64,000 bases of DNA from Mobula hypostoma (Eukaryota). The notes under the pieces are model-generated. The model searched no databases. It saw nothing but the letters and a program-made list of their open reading frames with translations, and was not told the DNA's origin. Of the stretch, positions 13,634-23,794 are shown in pieces (position 1 is the stretch's first letter; every line of letters starts with the position of its first letter). The stretch covers positions 158,970,001 to 159,034,000 of the forward strand of contig NC_086097.1 in assembly GCF_963921235.1 (NCBI RefSeq). Reading direction: 5' to 3'. Position numbers and translations under genes: made by a program.

Positions 13634-14410
13634 CAGGGGTCCCCAACCTTTTTTGCACCACGGACCAGTTTAATATTGGCAATATTCTTGCGGACCGGCC
13701 GACTTGGGGTGGTGGGGAGGCGTTCAAGTAGCGTTAAACTCACCTCAACATGTCTTTTACAGTTAGGGTTGCCAAACTCACTCCCAAATAAGGGACAAAA
13801 GTAGCAGTCAAATCCCGGGACACTTTACCCCAGGAAAGACTACCATGACCATGAAGCCTTGCGCGGGCACCTGTGTGCGCATGCTTTACGTGCGTGTTAT
13901 GTGACGTGCACATGCGCATATGTGCCGATTTCGGTTTTGCCTTCATCTTCCCGACTATACTGTAAATACATTATTTCTACTTTATATAGGCTGTGTATTT
14001 ATCATATCATTCCTGTTTTTACTATATGTTAGTGTTATTTTCGGTTTTATGTGTTATTTAGTATGATTTGTTAGGTTATTTTCTGGGTCTGGGAACGCTC
14101 AAAAATTTCTCCCATATAAATTAATGGTAATTGCTTCTTCACTTCACGCCATTTCGGCATGAAAAGTTTCATAGGAATGTTCTACCTTAGCGGGGGAAAT
14201 ACAGACAAGGGCGGTCCCGTATGGGACAAACCAATTTAGCCCAATATACGGGATGTCCCAGCAAATACGGGACAGTTGGCAACCCTATGTTCAAGTTCAA
14301 CAGTGCCTGACAGGGAATGAGGGAAGGTGCAGCTGACTCGTATTGTTTCCTCACGGCCCGGTAGCACATGCTTTGCGGCCCAGTACTGGTCCGCGGCCCG
14401 GTGGTTGGGG
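13634..14410. mobile_element. Non-autonomous hAT (Charlie/MER1-like termini) inserted in a CR1 3' end
   Basis: Starts caggggtccccaacc and ends ...ccggtggttgggg, with the last bases of the right TIR lost. CR1 sequence resumes at tagtagatgcaaatac. Confidence 0.8.
13729..14287. mobile_element. Inner hAT-type MITE with TAGGGTTGCCAA inverted repeats
   Basis: tagggttgccaa (13764) pairs with ttggcaacccta (ends 14287). 8-bp TSD cgttcaag (13721-13728) / tgttcaag (14288-14295). Subterminal GGGAC repeats are present. Confidence 0.8.
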
Positions 14411-14899
14411 TAGTAGATGCAAATACATGAGAGGCTTTTAAAAGACATTTGGGTAGGCACATGGATGCAAGGAAGATGGAGGGATATGGACATTGTGTAG
14501 GTAGGAGGATTAGTGCTTTGGTGTTTTTGACTTGCTTCTTCATTTGTTCAGCACAACATTGCAGGCCAAGTGGCCTTTTCCTGTGGTGTACTGTTCTATA
14601 TTCTATGTAATAAGGTCCTGGATCTAAATTGCCTGGGTCTGATCAAACAACCATGTACCATTAGAGAGGTATTGCTCCATTCAGTGGAACATTTTCCACC
14701 TGATTTCCATTGTGTGTAATTTTGACTAGGGCCTTTGATACAACACCGCCTGAACTGCCATCCCTCTCTTACATTAAGTTCTTTTGCCCACTCTTGTCTT
14801 TAATAGAAGGCAGAAACTGAGATGTCATATCAGTCATGTAATTAGGAGGGAGTATCCTGATAACCACGGTGATACCAAGACCATCTATGAGCATTTACA

Positions 14900-16045
14900 T
14901 AACTTAATTGATGGTTGGAAGCAGAATGTTAGCCCGGATAGAGTATTGTGAGCAGTTTTAGGTCACAAAAGCTAAGAAAATTTGACTGGCGCTGGAGACA
15001 GTCAAGAGGAGGTTCGAGAGAATGATCCTGAGAATGAAAGGATTCGTGAATGAGGAATGTTTGATGGCTCTGTGCCTGTACTTACTGGAAGTTGGAATAA
15101 TGAGGGGGTATTTCATTGAAGTGTATTAAATGTTTAAAAGCCTGGATGGAGTGATGTGGAGAGAATAGTGAGGGAGTCCAGGACCAGTGGGCACAGCCTC
15201 AGAATGGAAGGATTTCTCTTTAAAACAGAAATGAAGAGGAATTTCATAAACTAGAGGACAGCAAATCTGTGGAATTAATACTCATGGACGGATGTGGAGG
15301 CCAAATCAGTGGGTATATTTAAAAGTAGAGGCTGATAGTTTCTTGATTTGTAAGGGTGTCAAAAGTTATTGGGAGAAGGAAAGAGAATAGGGTTGAGAGG
15401 GATAATATACCCAGCAGCCACTTTATTAGGTATATCAGTTACCTAAGAAAGTGGCCACTGAATGTGTGTTCATTGTCTTTTGCTGGTGTGGCCCATCCAC
15501 TTCAAGGTTCAATGTGCTTTATGTTCAAAGATGCTCTTCTGCACACCACTGTTGTAATGTGTGGTTATTTGACTTACTGTCCCCTTCCAGTCAGCTTGAA
15601 CCTGTCTAGCCTTCCACCCCGACCTTTCTCATAAACAAAGCATTTTTGACACACAACTGATGCTTTCTGGATGTTCTTTGTTTTTTGCACCATTCTCTAA
15701 ACTCTAGAGACTGTTTTGTGTGAAAATCCCAGGAGTTCAGCAGTGTCTAAGATTCTCAAACCACCCCAAGTGCCAACAATCATTCCAGTGTCAAAGTCAC
15801 TTAGATCACATTTCTTCCTCATGCTGGTGTTTGGTCTGAACCTGAAAAACAACCAACTCGCTTGACCATATTTGCCTGCATTTATACATTGAGTTGCTGC
15901 CACATGATTGGCTGATTAGAGACTTGCATTAACAAGCAGCTGTACAGGTACACCTAATGAAGTGTAAATCAGTCATGATGGAATGATGGAGCAGATATGA
16001 TGGGCCAAGTGGCCGAATTCTGCTATTATGTCTTATGGTCTTATA
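14900..16045 (+). mobile_element. Degraded CR1 3' fragment interrupted by a Tc1-like element
   Basis: CR1 C-terminal and 3'UTR motifs; gagggataata ... aatcagtcatgatgg rejoin across the insertion; tail is ttatgtcttatggtcttat. Confidence 0.8.
15408..15964 (-). mobile_element. Non-autonomous Tc1-like DNA transposon
   Basis: Minus-strand remnant MRKKCDLSDFDTGMIVG...TAELLGFSHKTVSRV is a Tc1 N-terminal HTH. Terminal repeats are gccactttattagg / cctaa..aagtg and the insertion is at a TA. Confidence 0.85.
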
Positions 16046-16799
16046 GCGTTTTGTTTTTGAGAAGGAAACACCTGCACAATTTTCTAGTTTGTCAAAAAAG
16101 AACCCAGGGTCTAGCTGAATGAAAACAGGTTGGGTAGATATTTAGTAAATTCAGGAACATTACAGTTGCAATACTGTGATGAGGATTTTGGTAAGTCTCA
16201 TAAGTTTCGCTGTTGTATTCATTTCTTAATTGTATAAATTGCATAAGCTGAAAACTGGAAAAAAATAGATTATACCCGTGGTATTTCTGATTAAAATGCT
16301 TCATTTCCTTTCATGGTCTGTGATTATTCATCTGAGACGTCAGAGTCATTCATACAACTGTCTCCTCCCAGAAATTGCTTATTATTCACGACTAGATGGG
16401 GGCAGAAATATTTCTGATCTTTTGGGTTGTGAGCATTTCTTTATGTACTGTAGCACGCTTCTTCCTCTTACTGATATGCAGTTAGTTCCGTGTTGCAGCA
16501 TCCCCACGTTCACAGCATGTGTTTTGCTCTTCTATATCTGCTTCTTGAGCCAAATTCGATCACTTAGCTTGACAGTAATGGTAGAGTAAGGAATATAATA
16601 TACCATGCTATGCACTTACACATTGTGGTGGAGTACAATTGTACTTCAACGATGATTAATATCACCTCAGCCATGTTATGAATATCAATATGTAAGCTGC
16701 TAAGTTCCCTCGGAGTCTGTTGGTGAGAATTCAGCCTGGTATGGAAACACCAATGCCCTTGAATGGAAAATCCTACATAAAGTAGTGGACACTGCCCAG

Positions 16800-16972
16800 T
16801 CACAAACGAGAAAATCCGCAGATACCAGGAATCCAAGCAACACACATAAGATGCTGGAGGAACTCAGCAGACCAGGTAGCACCTGTGGAAAAGAGTAAAC
16901 AAGCGACGCTTCAGGCCAAGACCCATCGAGGACCTGCTGAGTTCCTCCACCATTTTTGAGTGTATTGCTTGG
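16800..16972. mobile_element. Penelope-like terminal-repeat (pLTR) fragment with inverted arms
   Basis: tggaggaactcagcag ... ctgctgagttcctcca inverted arms surround a decayed hammerhead-like segment; same family as 19362-19478. Confidence 0.75.
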
Positions 16973-16974
16973 AC

Positions 16975-17513
16975 CAGTCCAATCTATCATGAGTAAAACT
17001 ACCCAAAACTGAGCACATCAGCTTGGGGCATTGTCACAGGAAAGCAGCGTGCATTATCAGGGACCCCCCCCCCCCCCCGCCACCTTGGGCATGCTCTCTT
17101 CTCACTGCTGCCAACAGAATGAAGGTACAGAAGCTTCAGTTCTCACACCACCAGGTTCAAAAACAGTTATTACTGCTCAACCATCAGGCTCGTAAACCAG
17201 AGGGGATAATTTCACTCTCCCCATCACTAAAATGTTCCCACACCTCTGGACTCCCTTTCAAGGACTCTTCATATCATGTTCTAGACATTTATTGCTTATT
17301 TATTTATAATGATTATTTCTTTCTTCTTGTATTTACAGTGTGTTGCCTTCTGCACACTGGATAAGTCCCCTAGTTGGTGCGGTCTTTCATTGATTCTATT
17401 ATGGTTATTATCCTATTATTGATTTATTAAATATGCCTGCAAGAAAATGAATCTCAGGATTGAATATGGTGACATACATGTACTTAGATAATGAATTTAA
17501 TTTGAACTTTGAA
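16975..17513 (+). mobile_element. Rex1/Babar-like LINE 3' end
   Basis: KAACIIRDP..., FSLL..RYxSL and RFKNSYY-like remnants; 3'UTR ends gaactttgaac. Confidence 0.8.
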
Positions 17514-18189
17514 CCTAAAACCCAAGGAGACACTTACCAGTTCCTCCCCAATATGATTAATTAATTCAGTCTTTCTGAGAAATGTGTGTTGAAGCAATGA
17601 TTATTTCTTCCAAATTGAAATTTTGACAAGCCATGGCCAAATGCATGAGCTTAAAGACCCGAGAAGTTAAAATTTAAACTCAGTCTTTTTCTGATCTCCT
17701 GGGGTTCTTAAAAATAATCCATCTTAATAGGAAGAACATTTGTTTACAGGCTACGTTCAGCTTCTGCTGAAGTGAGATTGCAACCAAAGCTCCAATTTTA
17801 ATTCCCAGCCGCTGATAATGTTACGGATTTGACAGTATGCTAGTCACCCTTAACACATCACATCTGTGCCCTGTGCCATCTGAATAGGCATAAATTTAAT
17901 ACTGTTCAAGTCCTGTGACAACTTTATTGAGATCCAAAGTTGACTGTCCTAGTATTATTATTCCTATAAATAAATATGGGAAAATTCATAAATTTAAATG
18001 ATTCACTGTGAAATCATATAAATAAGCTTTGATTTCTTTCTTAATTTTAGGTACATTTTATATATTTTTTGAATTTAGATTCAGTGGTCCTTAAGAGATA
18101 CAGTATGTGTGTCATATACTGTATGACACTTTTATGCATAACTGTGAACTCTTTATATAAACCGTAAGACTGAAATTTCTCTGAATACA

Positions 18190-18385
18190 AATCCAGTGAC
18201 TGCCAGGAACAGTGGTGGAAGGAGATCTGATATGGTGTTTAGGAGGCTGTTACATGGACTCTTGAACATGCAGGGAGTGGAGGGATATGGATCATGAAAG
18301 AATTTAATACAATTCAGCATCATGTTCGCCACTGATATCAAGGCTGGGGGGCCTATTCCTGTGTTATACTATTCTCTATTCTAAA
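18190..18385 (+). mobile_element. Short CR1 3'UTR fragment
   Basis: ggagggatatggatcatg...gggcctattcctgtgttatactattctctattct matches other CR1 tails in this window. Confidence 0.65.
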
Positions 18386-18552
18386 ACAAAAAATATTGTT
18401 CTTTCAAGCAAAATGCAAAATACCAAAGATAATTTTCAATTGTTCTTGATATTAAAAAGCCCTGAAAAAATGAAACTTACTTTAATACGATGCATTCAAT
18501 GTTTATTGTCAATTTAACCATAATTACTGCTGCAAAACATTTTGTGTCTGGA

Positions 18553-18591
18553 TGTGTGTTTGTGTGTGTGTGTGTCTGTGTGTGTGTGTGT
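18553..18591. repeat. Imperfect (TG)n microsatellite
   Basis: Direct read of the sequence. Confidence 0.9.
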
Positions 18592-19009
18592 ATATGGGGA
18601 CTGCATGTCCCTCAGAAATACTTAAACATGCAATTGATTTCAGAAAGAAAATATTTTAAGGTTCATGTATTGGTTTATGCAGCTTCAACCATCCTTCCAT
18701 GCATATGTTCCAGCCCTTATGTTATGCTCCAAAAGTAATAAAAGGTCTAGTTCAAAATTATGCTTTTGACTGTATGTAAAAAAAATCCTGTAAGCAAGAA
18801 TAAATTGTTCAACTCATTTGATAACATTACCATTGCTTGGTGCCTGGGGTCTCCTTGAACTAATTCTTCATAACATTTGACACTAAGAAGTGGGAAAGCC
18901 ATACCTCTGAGATTGGTGGTCTTTGTCTGCACTTTGCTCCAAGAACAGTTGTGAAAGCGGTAGACTCACTGCTGACTGTATGTCCTAATCTAGACTACTC
19001 ACACAAAAT

Positions 19010-19361
19010 CAAAGTTGCTGGTGACTGCAGCAGGCCAGGCAGCATCTCTAGGAAGAGGTACAGTCGACGCTTCGGGCCGAGACCCTTCGTCAGGACTAAC
19101 TGAAGGAAGAGCTAGTAAGAGATTTGAAAGTGGGAGGGGGAGGGGGAGATCCAAAATGATAGAAGACAGGAGGGGGAGGGATGGAGCCAAGAGCTGGACA
19201 GTTGATAGGCAAAAGGGATACGAGAGGATCATGGGACAGGAGGCCCAGGGAGAAGGAAAAGGGGGAGGGGCGGAAAAAACCCTGAGGATGTTCACCAGCA
19301 ACTTTGATGTGCGTTCCTTGAATTTCCAGCATCTGCAGAATTCCTCATGTTTGCGTTTTTA
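19010..19361 (-). mobile_element. Penelope-like element fragment (family A) with hammerhead motif and inverted end
   Basis: 14-bp TSD tactcacacaaaat (18996-19009 / 19362-19375). Inverted arms are caaagttgctggtga / tcaccagcaactttg. The minus strand reads CTGACGA-agggtctcggccc-GAAG-cgtcgac. Confidence 0.8.
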
Positions 19362-22045
19362 TACTCACACAAAATGCTGGGGGAACTCAGCAGGCCGGGC
19401 AGCATCTCTGGAAAAAAGTACAGTTGACGTTTCGGGCCGAGACCCTTCGATAGGACTGGACTGCTGAGTTCCTCCAGCAGAGATACAGAGGAGCAGATTG
19501 GGAGGCAGATTTGGAAAGGTGCAAAAATAACAGGGTTGTTATCATGGGTGACTTTAACTTCCCTAAAATTGATTGGCACCTGATTAGTCCCAAGGGTTTA
19601 GATGGAGCAGAGTTTGTTAAGTGTGGCCAGGACGGATTCCTGTCACAGTATGTGGACAGGCCGACCGGGGGAATGCCATACTAGATCTAGCACTAGGTAA
19701 TGAACCGGGTCAGGTCACAGATCTCTCAGTGGGTGAGCATCTGGGGGACAGTGACCACTGCTCCCTGGCCTTTAGCATTATCATGGAAAAGGATAGAATC
19801 AGAGAGGACAGGAAAATTTTTAACTGGGGAAAGGCAAATTATGAGGCTGTAAGGCTAGAACTTGCGGGTGTGAATTGGGATGATCTTTTTGCAGGGAAAC
19901 GTACTATGGACATGTGGTCGATGTTTAGAGATCTCTTGAGGGATATTAGGGATAACTTTGTCCCGGTGAGGAAGATAAAGAATGGTAGGGTGAAGGAACC
20001 ATGGGTGACAAGTGAGGTGGAAAATCTAGTCAGGTGGAAGAAGGCAGCATACATGAGTTTTAGGAAGCAAGGATCAGATGGGTCTATTGAGGAATATAGG
20101 GAAGCAAGAAAGGAGCTTAAGAAGGGGCTGCGAAGAGCAAGAAGGGGGCATGAGAAGGCCTTGGCGAGTAGGGTAAAGGAAAACCCCAAGGCATTCTTCA
20201 ATTATGTGAAGAAAAAAAGGATGACAGGAGTGAAGGTAGGACCGATTAGAGGTAAAGGTGGGAAGATGTGCCTGGAGACTCTGGAAGTGAGCGAGGTCCT
20301 CAATGAATACTTCTCTTCGGTATTCACCAATGAGAGGGAACTTGATGCTGGTGAGGACAATATGAGTGAGCTTGATGTTCCGAAGCATGTTGATATTAAG
20401 GGAGAGGAGGTGTTGGAGTTGTTAAAATACATTAGGACGGATAAGTCCCCGGGGCCTGACGGAATATTCCCCAGGCTGCTCCACGAGGTGAGAGAAGAGA
20501 TTGCTGAGCCTCTGGCTAGGATCTTTATGTCCTCGTTGTCCACGGGAATGGTACCAGAGGATTGGAGGGAGGCGAATGTTGTCCCCTTGTTCAGAAAAGA
20601 TAGTAGGGATAGTCTGGGTAATTATAGACCAGTGAGCCTTACGTCTGTGGTGGGAAAGCTGTTGGAAAAGATTCTTAGAGATAGGATCTATAGGCATTTA
20701 GAGAATCATGGTCTGATCAGGGACAGTCAGCATGGCTTTGTGAAGGGTAGATCGTGTCTAACAAGCCTGATAGAGTTCTTTGAGGAGGTGACCAGGCATA
20801 TAGATGAGGGTAGTGCAGTGGATGTGATCTAAATGGATTTTAGTAAGGCATTTGACAAGGTTCCACACGGTAGGCTTATTCAGAAAGTTAGAAGGCATGG
20901 AATCCAGGGAAGTTGGGCCAGGTGGATTCAGAATTGGCTTGCCTGCAGAAGGCAGAGGGTGGTGGTGGAGGGAGTACATTCAGATTGGAGGATTGTGACT
21001 AGTGGTGTCCCACAAGGATCTGTTCTGGGACCTCTACTTTTCGTGATTTTTATTAACGACCTGGATGTGGGGGTAGAAGGGTGGGTTGGCAAGTTTGCAG
21101 ATGACACAAAGGTTGGTGGTGTTGTAGATAGTGTAGAGGATTGTCAAAGATTGCAGAGAGACATTGATAGGATGCAGAAGTGGGCTGAGAAGTGGCAGAT
21201 GGAGTTCAACCCAGAGAAGTGTGAGGTGGTACACTTTGGAAGGACAAACTCCAAGGCAGAGTACAAAGTAAATGGCAGGATACTTGGTAGTGTGGAGGAG
21301 CAGAGGGATCTCGGGGTACATGTCCACAGATCCCTGAAAGTTGCCTCACAGGTGGATAGGGTAATTAAGAAAGCTTATGGGGTGTTAGCTTTCATAAGTC
21401 GAGGGATAGAGTTTAAGAGTCGCGATGTAATGAAGCAGCTCTATAAAACTCTGGTTAGGCCACACTTGCAGTACTGTGTACATTTCTGGTCACCTCACTA
21501 TAGGAAGGATGTGGAAGCATTGGAAAGGGTACAGAGGAGATTCACCAGGATGTTGCCTGGTTTAGAGAGTATGCATTATGATCAAAGATTAAGGGAGCTC
21601 GGGCTTTACTTTTTGGAGAGAAGGAGGATGAGAGGAGACATGATAGAGATGTACAAGATAATAAGAGGAATAGATAGAGTGGATAGCCAACGCCTCTTCT
21701 CCAGGGCACCACTGCTCAATACAAGAGGACATGGCTTTAAGGTAAGGGGTGGGAAGTTCAAGGGGGATATTAGAGGAAGGTTTTTTACTCAGAGAGTGGT
21801 TGGTGCGTGGAATGCACTGCCTGAGTCAGTGGTGGAGGCAGATACACTAGTGAAGTTTAAGAGACTACTAGACAGGTATATGGAGGAATTTAAGGTGGGG
21901 GGTTATATAGGAGGCAGGGTTTGAGGGTCGGCACAACATTGTGGGCCGAAGGGCCTGTGCTGTGCTGTACTATTCTATGTTCTATGTTCTATTTTATGTA
22001 TGTTGCTTGGTTTTCCAGCATCTGCAGATTTTCTCTTGTTTGTGT
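19362..22045 (-). mobile_element. Penelope-like pLTR (family B), split by CR1 (19362-19478 and about 21991-22045)
   Basis: acacaaaatgctggggaactcagcag...ctgctgagttcctccagca, then the CR1, then tttatgtatgttgcttggttttccagcatctgcagattttctcttgtttgtg. Confidence 0.8.
19479..21990 (+). mobile_element. Young 5'-truncated CR1 LINE with nearly intact ORF2
   Basis: EN C-terminal part (GDFNFP, LDL, SDH) plus a complete RT. ORFs 19621-20832 and 20833-21924 are in frame, split by one TAA in DVI*MDFSKAFD, with one frameshift near 19650. Tail is (ttctatg)n. Confidence 0.97.
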
Positions 22046-22346
22046 ATTCTAGGCTGCTAACTTAAGATGCAACTTCCTACTTTAAAGAGGATAAGAACCT
22101 TTTGCGATTTATAGCCCCTTCCATAGGCTCTAGTGGTCCCACAGGAATTTTCTAATGTATTGAGTCAATGAAAAATGGTGTTGAATATTTTGATGAGTGT
22201 GAATGATAATTTTATAACTACCTAGTTTGATTATAGTGATCTGTAATGGCCAGCATGGAAAATTTCTGTGGGTTACTTCTTAAATTTTAAAGGGGCTAAG
22301 CATCACTGCAGTAAATCACATCAATTGTTTCTTTGATTTCTTCCAG

Positions 22347-22442
22347 AAGAGAGCGCGGAAGATGAAATGCTGCTTCCTTCTAGCCACTTTAGTTATTTTG
22401 GCAGTCATCATTATCATTATTGCGGCGTCAGTAAAGCATTGA
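22347..22442 (+). CDS. TSNARE1: Last coding exon of a syntaxin-like t-SNARE (tail-anchor transmembrane segment), most likely t-SNARE domain-containing protein 1; exon extends to the donor at 22464
   Basis: Acceptor tttctttgatttcttccag ends at 22346. Phase-0 frame reads KRARKMKCCFLLATLVILAVIIIIIAASVKH*, with TGA at 22440-22442 and donor CAG|gtaagg at 22464/22465. A basic patch, KCCF, a hydrophobic run and a short tail resemble my recollection of the human TSNARE1 C-terminus (KIKCCFL...VIIIIIATSVRK) more than STX7 or STX12. Confidence 0.85.
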   Translation, partial: KRARKMKCCFLLATLVILAVIIIIIAASVKH

Positions 22443-23794
22443 ACTTTTGGCATTATACCTACAGGTAAGGCCCCTGTATTCTTATTTAATGATGGGATTC
22501 ACTCAAATGCAATGCTTGATCAAAAGTTCAGCTAAAATTTACAATGTTCATTAACGTTTTGGCTAGAAATTCCTTCTCTGTCTGTTGCACTAAATGTGCA
22601 TTATAATGGTATGAAATCAGATTCCTCTGACTTCAATGGGATTATATTACTATGCAATGCCTTTAATCTATTGCAAGTGACTGAAGTTAAATCTAACCTC
22701 CCCTTAATATGTAATTTATTATAATAAAGGGTCACTGAACCTTTTGAGATTAAACTTTTCATTTGTAATCTGTGTTGAGTTATTGTGCAATGAGGGAATA
22801 TGGGAAGAGATCTTTTCTATAGAATGTCATAGTTGTTAGTGTGCTGTTCAAGAACTACACTTGACCAAAGCCTGGAGAAGACCTTCCGTTTTTTTTTTGT
22901 ATCTACTGTGTAAAGTCATATCGTAACAATAGCAATCAGATCAAGCTTAGATAAGTAAGCTACAATGATATGCATAAAACTGATAAAAAAAACTGTTGTT
23001 CTTATACTCCATATAATATTGTAGATTTTATTCCTCGTCATGTAACTGCCTAGGTGTAATTGGAAATCACACTTTACTGTTTTCATGAATAGGTTCACCC
23101 TGCCAACTTTAAATAGACAAATAAATAGCATAAGATAGAAAAATTAAAGTATCAGTTATTCAATCGATAGGAAGACTTGAAATCAAGTAGCTTCTAAAGG
23201 CTTGTTCTGCAATTCAATCAGAGCATAGTTGATATACCTGAAATGTGTTTTCTCCTTATTCCCTAATATATTTATCCGCTAAGTGTCTGGCAAAGGGAAA
23301 ATTGAAAATCCACTCAAGATGATTAGCATTGTGGAATGCGAGAGTTCCAAATTCTCACTGTCCTCTACTGGTAGCTATTTATTCCTAACTTTCAGATTAA
23401 AACTTCTTACTTTGACTGTAATATTACACCCAACAGACAAATACAATGCACAAATTAAAATAAAGTAGCTATGATTCTGTGTGAAGGAGATTGGAAGTCT
23501 AGCAACTTAAGGGAATGATACTAAATATAATTGAAAGAGCCAAAAAAAAATAAGCCATGTAATTTGCAAATGAGGCATCTGAAATAATGTATACTATTTT
23601 ATTTATATTCGTTGCATTTTAACCTAATGTATACAAGGACTTTCTTAAGCAAGAAATATGAACAAGAGGTGTGTAAAACAATAGAAATGTTTAGTTTCCA
23701 TATTTACAATGAATGCCATCTCAATATTAAGTAGCATCAAATATAAGAGAAAATTTAAGTACTGCATAGGGCAAAACATGCTGGAATTTAAAGT

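Larger units (their letters stand above)
11465..14590 (+). mobile_element. CR1 ORF2/3' end, carrying an LTR insertion and a hAT insertion
   Basis: VVGKLLENILRERMYEHLE...GRSCLTSLLEFFD precedes the LTR and the (D)VVYM-DFSK motif resumes at 12623. ADDPKIGG and QRVVDAWNALPG follow; tail ttctatattctatg lies near 14585. Confidence 0.9.
10660..14800 (-). mobile_element. Ancient CR1-like LINE remnant (about 10660-11450 and 14600-14800) interrupted by a younger CR1
   Basis: Decayed motifs such as accacagtgctgttaggga, ttgatgaagcatctcagggtggttggccct and tgatttccattg...tagggcctttgata resemble the antisense of an old elasmobranch CR1-type family, recognised from memory. Confidence 0.5.

Noticed and set aside
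20830..20832. Programmed stop-codon readthrough between two in-frame ORFs
   Set aside because: TAA replaces the conserved Tyr of DV(V/I)YMDF seen in other copies here; it is a simple nonsense mutation.
19621..21924. RT as part of a retron, DGR or defence system
   Set aside because: The motifs and tails are standard CR1 or Rex non-LTR retrotransposon features; there is no prokaryotic gene organisation anywhere in the window.
1..22346. Upstream SNARE-motif exons of the same gene
   Set aside because: I found no DSIEAN-like exon by eye. It is probably outside the window, though a short exon could have been missed.
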